Below the pieces are notes generated by a model. The model was not told where the DNA came from. It worked only from the letters and a program-made list of their open reading frames with translations, and did no database searches. The translations under genes and the position numbers were made by a program. This document shows positions 1-42,500 of a DNA stretch of 62,799 nt, one piece after another. How positions within the stretch are numbered: position 1 is the first letter of the stretch; each line of letters starts with the position of its first letter. The stretch comes from Octopus bimaculoides (taxonomy: Eukaryota). The stretch covers positions 146,863,879-146,926,677 of the forward strand of contig NC_068983.1 in assembly GCF_001194135.2 (NCBI RefSeq). Reading direction: 5' to 3'.

Positions 1-226
1 GGTGTGTGCCAGAGGGCTTGCAAATCCAATGGGGGTCTTAAAAGACATGTTAGGATCCACAATGAGCAGAACTTACTTGCAGGTATTGGTAGTACAAATC
101 AGAGGTGCAATCTGTGTGGGTGTTTTTTCAAAACATTGTTTGGTTTAAAAAGCTACATCAGACGCCATGAAAGGGCTAAGGTGTAGGTGCAGGAGGTGGT
201 CAAACTCTGTGTAAGGAGTAGACAAT

Positions 227-232
<6 letters not shown>
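1..232 (+). mobile_element. RTE-type LINE 3' end with two C-terminal C2H2-like fingers
   Basis: CxxxCKS.GGLKRHVRIH and CNLC..FKTLFGLKSYIRRH then stop, a short UTR, and an ...ACAATCATCAT tail merging into (AT)n. Confidence 0.55.
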
Positions 233-267
<35 letters not shown>

Positions 268-521
268 AACACACACACACACACTCACACTTGTCTTCTT
301 CCAGTTTCTGTTTCCTGCTACCAGACCCACTCTCAAGGCTTTGAAGGACTCAGGCCTATTGTTGAAGAGACTTGCCAATAGGTGTCATGCAGCGAGATTG
401 ATCCAAGAATCATCAAGTGAAAGCCAATGTCTTACTACACAGCTATGCTGGCACTCGTTAACGATTTTGTAATGTTAAACAATTATCAAAGTTCTAAAGT
501 TCAATATTTCTTTTCATGCAG

Positions 522-33058
<32,537 letters not shown>

Positions 33059-33901
33059 NNNNNNNNNNNNNNNNNNNNNNNNNNNNNNNNNNNNNNNNNN
33101 NNNNNNNNNNNNNNNNNNNNNNNNNNNNNNNNNNNNNNNNNNNNNNNNNNNNNNNNNNNNNNNNNNNNNNNNNNNNNNNNNNNNNNNNNNNNNNNNNNNN
33201 NNNNNNNNNNNNNNNNNNNNNNNNNNNNNNNNNNNNNNNNNNNNNNNNNNNNNNNNNNNNNNNNNNNNNNNNNNNNNNNNNNNNNNNNNNNNNNNNNNNN
33301 NNNNNNNNNNNNNNNNNNNNNNNNNNNNNNNNNNNNNNNNNNNNNNNNNNNNNNNNNNNNNNNNNNNNNNNNNNNNNNNNNNNNNNNNNNNNNNNNNNNN
33401 NNNNNNNNNNNNNNNNNNNNNNNNNNNNNNNNNNNNNNNNNNNNNNNNNNNNNNNNNNNNNNNNNNNNNNNNNNNNNNNNNNNNNNNNNNNNNNNNNNNN
33501 NNNNNNNNNNNNNNNNNNNNNNNNNNNNNNNNNNNNNNNNNNNNNNNNNNNNNNNNNNNNNNNNNNNNNNNNNNNNNNNNNNNNNNNNNNNNNNNNNNNN
33601 NNNNNNNNNNNNNNNNNNNNNNNNNNNNNNNNNNNNNNNNNNNNNNNNNNNNNNNNNNNNNNNNNNNNNNNNNNNNNNNNNNNNNNNNNNNNNNNNNNNN
33701 NNNNNNNNNNNNNNNNNNNNNNNNNNNNNNNNNNNNNNNNNNNNNNNNNNNNNNNNNNNNNNNNNNNNNNNNNNNNNNNNNNNNNNNNNNNNNNNNNNNN
33801 NNNNNNNNNNNNNNNNNNNNNNNNNNNNNNNNNNNNNNNNNNNNNNNNNNNNNNNNNNNNNNNNNNNNNNNNNNNNNNNNNNNNNNNNNNNNNNNNNNNN
33901 N
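33059..33901. other. Assembly gap (others at 11255-11577, 37930-38385, 49936-50746, 51316-51719, plus several ~10-N gaps)
   Basis: Runs of N. Confidence 1.
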
Positions 33902-34601
33902 AGAACCGCAACTCCTATTTCAGGATAACCTTATTGTATGGCATACACATAGAAAGTTATATCCAATAAAATACAATGAAATTATTTGAAAAAATATATA
34001 TAACTTACCTGTTATTAGTCTGTGGGGAAAGATGATATTTTTAATCAATGCTACATGTGATTCTGCACTGGTAGGGAGTTTATAAAGGTTTTACCTAATA
34101 CATAAATCCACCAGTGCGTACTGAGGCTATTTTATTTATCTCTCTTCAATACTGTTCAGTAATACGTCTCTCGAACTGTTTAATTTTAAAATTTAAAAAA
34201 AATATTTGTAATTTATATATTTTTATTATATTTTAATTTTATTATATTTGTATTCATATTCTCATTTTTTCTATTTAATATGACTTATATTATGTATCTT
34301 TAACTTTGATCCATTAATAATAATAATAACAATAAGATAAATAACCTGAGGATGCACTGGTGGATTTATGTATTAGGTATAGCCTTTATAAACTCCCTAC
34401 CAGCACAGAAATACGTGTAGCGTTGATTAAAAATATCTTCTTTCCCCACAGATTAATAACAGGTAAGTTATATATATTTTTTCAAATAATTTTATTGTAT
34501 TTTATAGTAGGTTTTTTAAATGCTTATATTATTTTATTGGATATAACTTTCTATGTGTATTCCACACAATAAGGTTATCCTGAAATAGGAGTTGCAGTTC
34601 T
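33902..34601. repeat. Fold-back / MITE-like inverted repeat
   Basis: 33902-34126 is the reverse complement of 34345-34601 (with an indel), around an AT-rich spacer of about 220 bp. Confidence 0.85.
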
Positions 34602-35003
34602 ATTGGTAAAATCCCAAATTTGTAATAATATTATAAATGATACTGTTTACATTGCATTAGTAAAGTGTAAAATAGTAAATATCCTGATAATCTGGAATAC
34701 TTATTATTCCTTAAGATTTTAAAAATATTCACATATATATTTATACACACACACACACTCAGGGATTTTGAAAAAACTAAATAGAATGAAAGTAGATGAT
34801 TGCTTTATTGCTAGCCCCTTCTTTTGTGTAAAAGGCATCCTTTTACACCTCCCTAAATTGGTTGGCATTAGAAAGGGCATCCTGCCACAAAAACCTTGCC
34901 AAAACAGACAGGAAAGCTTTGCATGGTTGTCTGAATTATAAGTAAGTTTACTGCAATCAGTTCACCACAAGGAAAAGTTTACTGGGAAAGTCACACCTTA
35001 TTT

Positions 35004-35240
35004 ATATTATTTACATTCGACGGATATTTGTCTTCATCTTGTTTGTTGTTAACGCAATGTTTCGGCTGATATACCCTCCTGCCTTCATCAGGTGTCTTCG
35101 AGAAATTTCGAACCTGGGTTCTCATTCCTAAGGTATTTTTTGATGTTATTATTATTATAATTGTTCAGGTCACTGCTTGGAATCGAACTTGGAATCTTGG
35201 GGTTAGTAGCCCGCACTCTTAACCACTACGCCATATGCCC
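35004..35240 (-). mobile_element. tRNA-headed SINE carrying a hammerhead motif (left arm of palindrome)
   Basis: 5' GGGCATATGGCGTAGTGGTTAAG (A box)...GTTCGATTCC (B box), AT-rich spacer, hammerhead at 35096-35051. Confidence 0.75.
35051..35096 (-). ncRNA. Minimal hammerhead motif, partly decayed
   Basis: GACAC-CUGAUGA-AGGC...GCC-GAAA-CA-UU-GCGUU; one stem I mismatch; ACGU palindrome changed to ACAU. Confidence 0.5.
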
Positions 35241-35494
35241 ATGGGTATAGTGGCTAAGAGCGCGGGCTACTAACCCCAAGATTCTGAGTTCGATTCCAAG
35301 CAGTGACCTGAACAATTATAATAATAATAACATTGGAAAATACCTTAGGAATGAAAACCCAGGTTCGAAATTTCTCCAAGACACCTGATGAAAGCTGGAG
35401 GGTATATCATCCAAAACATTGTGTTAATAACAAACAAGATGAGGAAAAATATCCATCAAATGTAAATAATGTACATAATTCCTCATCTCTTAAA
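35241..35494 (+). mobile_element. tRNA-headed SINE carrying a hammerhead motif (right arm of palindrome)
   Basis: Reverse complement of the left arm; B box GAGTTCGATTCC; hammerhead at 35380-35425. Confidence 0.75.
35380..35425 (+). ncRNA. Minimal hammerhead motif with core mutation (GAAA to AAAA)
   Basis: GACAC-CUGAUGA-AAGCUG...CAUCC-AAAA-CA-UU-GUGUU; G12 is lost, so predicted inactive. Confidence 0.45.
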
Positions 35495-35689
35495 TATAGA
35501 ACTGTAAATTCACACCTGTTTCTTTCTTCATTCTTGATCACTTTCTCTGTCTCTTGCTGGGTAACCATGTGCCTCCATTATAGCAAGACACCTGTCTCTG
35601 TGTCTCTGTCACACTTGACCTTTTAACATTTGACACAAGATTACCCCCTCTTCTCAAAGGATCTTTGTCATGCAAGTAATTTATGACCC

Positions 35690-36490
35690 TGCCAGTGTTG
35701 GTGCCATGTAAAAAGTATCTTGTTCATACTGTAAAGTGGTTGCTGTTTGGAAGGGCATCCAGCTGTAAAAACCTTGCCAAAACTGACCTCGCCTTTGCTT
35801 GTGCCATGTAAAAAGCACCTAGTCTACACTATAAAGTGGTTGGTATTTTGAAGGGCATCCAACAATAAAAACCATGCCAAAATTAACCTTACCTGTACTG
35901 GTGCCACTTAAAAAACACCTAGTCCACACTGTAAAGTGGTTGCTGTTTGGAAGGGCATCCAGCTAAAAAAAAAACATGCCAAAACTAACCTTGCTTTTGC
36001 TTGTGCCATGTAAAAAGCACCTAGTCTACACTGTAAAGTGGTTGGTATTAAGGACGGCATCCAGCTGTAGAAACCATGCTATAACCAACCTCACCTGTGC
36101 TTGGTCCATGTGAAAAGCACTGTTTACTTTGCAGGGTGGTTGGTGTTAGGAAGGACATCAAGCTGTAAAACCCCTTCCAAAACAGACCTTGTCAGTGCTG
36201 GTGGCATGTAACGCACCCAGGACACCCTGTAAAGGGGTTAGCATTTGGAAAAGCATCCACCTGTAGAAACCATGCCAAAACAGACCTCACTGCTGCCAGT
36301 GCCATATAAAAAGCATCCACTACACTCTGTGAAATGGTTGGCATTAGGAAGGATATCCATCTGTAGAAACCATGCTTAACAGATCTCTCTGGTGCTGGTG
36401 CAATATGAAAAGCTCCCAGTATTCTCTGTGAAATGGCTTGGCATTAGGAAGGACATCCAGTCATAGAAACCTTGCCAAAACACAATAGAA
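35690..36490 (+). repeat. Tandem ~115-120 bp modules related to the RTE UTR (similar array at 28270-28800)
   Basis: About seven diverged GTGGTTG..GGAAGGGCATCCAGCTGTAAAAACC.TGCCAAAAC..ACCT...GCCATGTAAAAAGCAC units. Confidence 0.75.
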
Positions 36491-36598
36491 GTTGGTGCAT
36501 TCTTCTCCCTATCTAGCTCTGGTCAAACCATCCAATGCATGCCAGCATAGAAGACAGAAGTCAAATAGTGATGATAATCTAATATAGATATACACATA

Positions 36599-37037
36599 AG
36601 AGGGTGAATCAAAAAAATAATGCCATTTTGTTTAGGACAGTTATAATTACCAACACAGGAACATGTATGATACGTCAAAATGAAGCTGGTCCTCTGTGGC
36701 TCACTACCTCCACACTCACCAGATTTAGCACCTCCAGACTATCATCTCTTTGGTGCCATGAATGAGGGTTTGAGAGGCAAACATTACTCGAGTGACGAGG
36801 AAATGAAAACTGTAGTGTAGAAGTGGCTCAAAGAACAGTCAACAGAATTTTACAAGGCAGGGATACATGCTCTCATTCGAAGGTGGAACATTGCTATTGA
36901 GAGAAACGGTGACTATGTTGAGAAGTAGGGATGTGATCCATAGAGGATCGGCTTCATTTTGATGTATGATACATGTTCCTGTGTTGGTAATTATACCTGT
37001 CCTAAACAAAACGGCATTACTTTTTGACTCACCCTCG
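36599..37037 (+). mobile_element. Internally deleted mariner with ~95 bp TIRs (termini resemble irritans subfamily)
   Basis: TA-flanked (C)GAGGGTGAATCAAAA.../...TTTTGACTCACCCTCG; retains PHSPDLAPPDYHLF. Confidence 0.88.
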
Positions 37038-38384
37038 TATATCGCTTGATTATGTGATCAACCAAAGTGTTCCATGTTGTTAAACATCAATATTCAAAGT
37101 GTTGTTACAGCTGTTTTCTTCCATCTGTAGCAGGGGTGTCAATCTCAATTGCACAGGGGGTTAGAACTCAAAATTCACATAAGGTTGCAGACCTAACTGG
37201 ATAAACATTCGTTAAATATAGTCATCGTTTAACATCCGCTTTCCGTGCTGGCATGGGTTGGATGGTTTGACTGAGGACTGGTGAACCAGAGGCAGCACCA
37301 GTCTCAATCTGATTTAGTAATATCTGAGATATATATATATATATATATATATATACTCTTTTTTACTTGTTTCAGTCATTTGACTGTGGCCATGCTGGAG
37401 CACTGCCTTTAATCAAAGAAATCAACCCCAGGACTTATTCTTTGTAAGCCTAGTACTTATTCTATCGGTTCTCTTTTGCCGAACCGCTAAGTCACAGGGA
37501 CATAAATACACCAGCATCGGTTGTCAAGCAATGTTGGGGGAAACACACACACACACACATATATGCAATAGGCTTCTTTCAGTTTCCGTCTACCAAATCC
37601 ACTCACAAGGCTTTGGTGGGCCCGAGGCGATAGTAGAAGGCACTTGCCCAAGGTGCCACACAGTGGGACTGAACCTGGAGTCATGTTGTTGGTAAGCAAG
37701 CTACTTACCACACAGCCACTTCTATGCCTATATATATCATCATCATCATCGTTTAACGTCCGTTTTCCATGCTGGCATGGGTTGGACGGTTTGACTAAAG
37801 AGTGGTGAGCCAGAAGGCTGCACCAGGTTCAATCTGATCTGGCTAAGTTTCTACAGCTGGATGCCCTTCCTAACGCCAACCACTCCGAGAGTGTAGTGGG
37901 TGCTTTTTACGTGCCATCAGCACGAGAGCNNNNNNNNNNNNNNNNNNNNNNNNNNNNNNNNNNNNNNNNNNNNNNNNNNNNNNNNNNNNNNNNNNNNNNN
38001 NNNNNNNNNNNNNNNNNNNNNNNNNNNNNNNNNNNNNNNNNNNNNNNNNNNNNNNNNNNNNNNNNNNNNNNNNNNNNNNNNNNNNNNNNNNNNNNNNNNN
38101 NNNNNNNNNNNNNNNNNNNNNNNNNNNNNNNNNNNNNNNNNNNNNNNNNNNNNNNNNNNNNNNNNNNNNNNNNNNNNNNNNNNNNNNNNNNNNNNNNNNN
38201 NNNNNNNNNNNNNNNNNNNNNNNNNNNNNNNNNNNNNNNNNNNNNNNNNNNNNNNNNNNNNNNNNNNNNNNNNNNNNNNNNNNNNNNNNNNNNNNNNNNN
38301 NNNNNNNNNNNNNNNNNNNNNNNNNNNNNNNNNNNNNNNNNNNNNNNNNNNNNNNNNNNNNNNNNNNNNNNNNNNNNNNNNNNN

Positions 38385-38432
<48 letters not shown>

Positions 38433-38988
38433 GAGACAAAAGGGTAAAAAAGAATACAAAAACTAGGACAGAATGCAACAGGCGGAAGCAAAACATCCAG
38501 ACAGTTGGATGAGACAAAAAAAGGACATGAAAAAACAATGACGTGTCATTTTGAGTTTTCTTTCGTCAGTCGAGTTCCAGATTATCTTTGCAGTTTCGGA
38601 AGAATGCAGCGAATGTGTACGAAAACAAAAACGGAGAAATGATACACAAATACAAATGTAAACAACAGGACATTGACAACAGGTGTCTTTCGATTAAGGA
38701 CGAATTAAATTAAGCTGGCGGAAGGGACATAAGAGATGACAGGCATGGGAAGGAATATAGATGCTGCACGGGTGGTAGTCAAACCAAGAAAAAAGGTCAA
38801 ACTTGGCCGAACACCGGTCACGTGGAAGGGGAGGAGAGAGTTAGAGGCAGAGGGATAGAAGAATTAGGGAGGGACGAGGAAAAAGAGAAGGGACAGGAAA
38901 TGTGAGAGGGGTGGAGCGAAAGAAAGAAAAGTGGAAAGAACGAAGTAAGTGTGAAGGGGCTGAAAGAATAAGAGAGTCATACAAAATT

Positions 38989-39051
<63 letters not shown>

Positions 39052-39330
39052 TAGGGTAAAATCAGATATTATTATCGATTTATTACCAGGAAGCTAGCAC
39101 AGTGAAAGAATTCGAGAGATTTAGATAAAATATCTGAGATCTTAGGGGATTAAGGTATATTTTTATATATATAAAATGTTGACCAGTAAAGTGGACATTT
39201 AATGTACTAGAAATAAACCACATGTTGTGTCTACTAAGACCTAGCAGTTCTCAAAAGAAGTTCAGCATAATACCAAAACGTAAGTGAGCAAGACACTGAA
39301 AATTACATACATAAAATTAAAACATTGTTA

Positions 39331-39395
39331 TTCGCGGACCAGGTTTCGGAGTTAAAAATCTCTTATCGAGAAAATCTGCCCCTCTTCAGCGCGAA
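39331..39395 (-). ncRNA. Intact type I hammerhead ribozyme; GUC cleavage site between 39337 and 39336
   Basis: UUCGCG-CUGAAGA-GGGG(loop)CUCC-GAAA-CCUG-GUC-CGCGAA: perfect 6-bp stem I, 4-bp stem II, every conserved core nucleotide present. Confidence 0.85.
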
Positions 39396-39420
39396 CCGCA
39401 AGAGTTATAATTCTCAGAAT

Positions 39421-39557
39421 CTTATACAAGTTGTTCACCCCTAGAGGTGAACGTGTATATGGTTCTGCTAATTACATATTTCCGGAATTAGCGCACCAAA
39501 ACGAAGATATTTGATTTTTACCAGTACGTTGTAATTAGCAGAACCATATACACGTTC
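39421..39557 (+). mobile_element. DINE-1/HINE (Helentron)-like terminus
   Basis: TTATAC start, GTTCACC-CCTAGA-GGTGAAC hairpin, perfect 28-bp inverted repeat (39449-39476 / 39530-39557), then a tetranucleotide repeat. Confidence 0.45.
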
Positions 39558-42500
39558 GTTCGTTCGTTCGTTCGTTCGTACGTACATACGTTCGTTTCTT
39601 CGTACGTTCGTTCATTCGTACGTTCGTTCGTTCGTTCTATCGTTCGTTCGTTCTATCGTTCGTTCGTTCATACGTTCATTTCGTTCGTTCGCTCCTTCGT
39701 ACTTACGTACGTACGTTCGTTCGTTCGTATGTACGTACCTTCGTTCGTTCGTTCTTTCGTACGTACGGACTTTTGTACGTTCGTTCGTCTTTACGTACGT
39801 ACGTATGGACGTACATTCGTTGGTTCTTTCGTACGTACGTATGGACGTTCGTTCGTTCGTTCTTACGTACGAACTTTCGTTCGTTAGTTTGTTCGTTCTT
39901 TCTTTCGTTATTTCGTTTCGTTGTTCGTTCGCTCGTACGCACGTACGTATGGACGTACATTCGTTGGTTCTTTCGTATGGACGTTCGTTCGTTCGTTCGT
40001 TTCACTCGTTTGTTCGTTCGTTCTTACGTACGAACGTTCGGTCTTTCGTTTGTTCGTTCTTTCTTTCGTTATTTCGTCCCGTTGTTCGTTCGTTCGTACA
40101 TACGTACGTTCGTACGTACGTAAGATCGTTCGTTCATTCGTACGTATGTACGTACGTACGTAAGGTCGTTCGTTCATTCGTACGTATGTACGTACGTTCG
40201 TTCGTACGTTCTATCGTTCATTCGTTCTTTCGTACGTACGGACTTTTGTACGTACGTTCGTTCGTCCTTACGTACGTACGTTCGTTCGTTCGTACGTACG
40301 TACGTATGGACGTACATTCGTTGTCTCTTTCGTTCGTTCTTTCCATCGTTTGTTCGTTCGTTCGTTCGTACGTACTTACTTTCGTTCTTTCGTTCCTTCA
40401 TTCGTACGTACGTACGAACGTACATTCGTTGGTTTGTTCGTATGTTAGTTCGTTTGTTCGTTTCACTCGTTCGTTCGTTCTTACGTACGAACGTTCGGTC
40501 TTTCGTTCGTTTGTACTTACGTACGTTCGTTCATTATTTCGTTCGGTCGTTCGTTCGTTCGTTGGTTGGTTCGTTCTCTTGTTCTTTCCATCGTTTGTTC
40601 GTTCGTACGTACTTTCGTACTTTCGTTATTTCGTTTGTTCGTTCGTACGTACTAACTTTCGTTCCTTCGTTCTTTCGTTCGTTCATTCGTACGTACGTAC
40701 GAACGTACATTCGTTCGTTCGAACGTACATACGTAAGTTCGTTCGTTCTTACGTTCTTACGTTCGTACTTACGTACGTTCGTTCATTCGTTCGTTCGTTG
40801 TTACGTACGTACGTACGAAAGTACGTACGTTCGTCCGTTCGTTCTTTCGTTAGCTGGTTGTTTGGTTGGTTGGTTGGTAGGTTCATTCGTTTGATCCCAC
40901 GTACGTGTGTTCGTTCGATCGTTCGTTCGTCCTACGTTCCTACTTACATACGTTCGTTTGTTCGTTCGTTCGTTCGTACGTAAGAAGTTACCTTCGTTCG
41001 TTAGTTCGTTTGTTCGTTCGTTCGATCGGTCATATGTACGTACATACGTATGTTTGTTCATTCATTCGTACGTCCGTTCGTTCGTACGTACGTACGTACG
41101 TTCGAAAGATCGTTCGTTCGTTTGTTCTTTCTTTCGTTCGTTATTTCGTTATGTCGTTCGTACGTACGTTCGTTCGTTCGTTCGTTTGTTCAGTCGTTCT
41201 TACGTACGTACGTTCGTTCTTACGTTCGTTCTTATGTTCGTTTGGTCTTTCGTTCGTTCGTTCGTTCGTTTGATCGTTCATACGTACTTACGTACGTAAG
41301 TTCATTTGTACGTATGTTCATACGTTCGTTCGTACGTTCGTTCGTTCGTTCGTTCGTTCGTTCTTATGTACGTACTTTAGATCGTTCGTACGTTCGTTCG
41401 TTCTTTTGTTTTTCNNNNNNNNNNTTCGTTTGTTCGTTTGTTCGTACGTTTGTTCTGTCGTTCGCACGTACGTACATATGTTAGTTCGTTCCTACGTACA
41501 TACGTACGTCCGTTCGTTCGTTTGTTCGTTCTTACGTTCGTTCTTACGTTCGTTCTTACGTTCGTACGTTAGATCGTTCGTACGTTCGTTTGTTCTTTTG
41601 TTTTTCGTTCCTATGTTCGTTCTTTCGTTCCTATGTTCGTTCTTTCGTTCGTACGTACGTTCGTTCTTTCGTTTGTTCGTTCGTTAGTCTGTTCATTTGT
41701 CCTGTCGTTCGTTCTTTTGTTCTTTCTTTCGTTCGTTCTATCGTTCGTACTTACGTTCGTTCGTACTTACGTTCGTTCGTACTTACGTACGTTCGTTCAT
41801 TCATTCGTTCGTTCTTACTTACGTACGTAGTACGTTCGTTCGCTCGTTCGTTCTTTCGTTGGTTGGCTGGTTGGTTCTTTCGTTCGTTCGTAATTACGTG
41901 AGTTCGTTCGATTGTTCGTTCGTTCGTTCGTTCGTTCGTTCTTTCGTTCGTTCGTTCGTTCGATCGTTCATTCGTTCATTCGTTCGTTCGTTCGTTCCTT
42001 CCTTCTTACGTACGTACTTACATATGTACGTTAGTTCATTGGTTTTTCGTTCGTTCATTTGTTCGTTCGTTCGTACTTACGTTCGGTCGTTCGTTCTTTT
42101 GTTCGTTCGTTTGTTCGTTCTTTCTTTCTTTTCTTCGTTCGTTCGTACGTACGTTCCTTTGTTTGTTTATTCTTATGTACATACTTTCGATCAGCCGTTC
42201 GTTCGTTCGTACGTACGTACGTACGTACGTTGTACGTACATTCGTTCGTACGTTCGTTCATTTCGCTCGTTCGTTCGTTCGTTTGTTCGTTCTTACGTAC
42301 TACGTACGTTCGTTCGGTCGTTCGTTCGTTCATACGTACGTACGTACGTACGCAATTACGTTCGATCGTTACTTCGTTTGTTCGTTCGTTCAATCGTTCA
42401 TACGTTCGTACGTAATTTCGTTTGTTCGTTCCTTCCTTCGTACGTTCGTTCGTACATACGTACGTACGTACGTTCATTTGTTCGTTCGTTCGTACGTACG

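Noticed and set aside
4-186. Possible host C2H2 zinc-finger gene
   Set aside because: Lacks TGEKP linkers and is followed at once by a LINE-type UTR and (CAT) tail; better explained as a LINE C-terminus.
35168-35310. Possible tRNA genes (also 56270-56345)
   Set aside because: A/B boxes are present but the acceptor stems do not close and non-tRNA repeat bodies follow; these are SINE heads.
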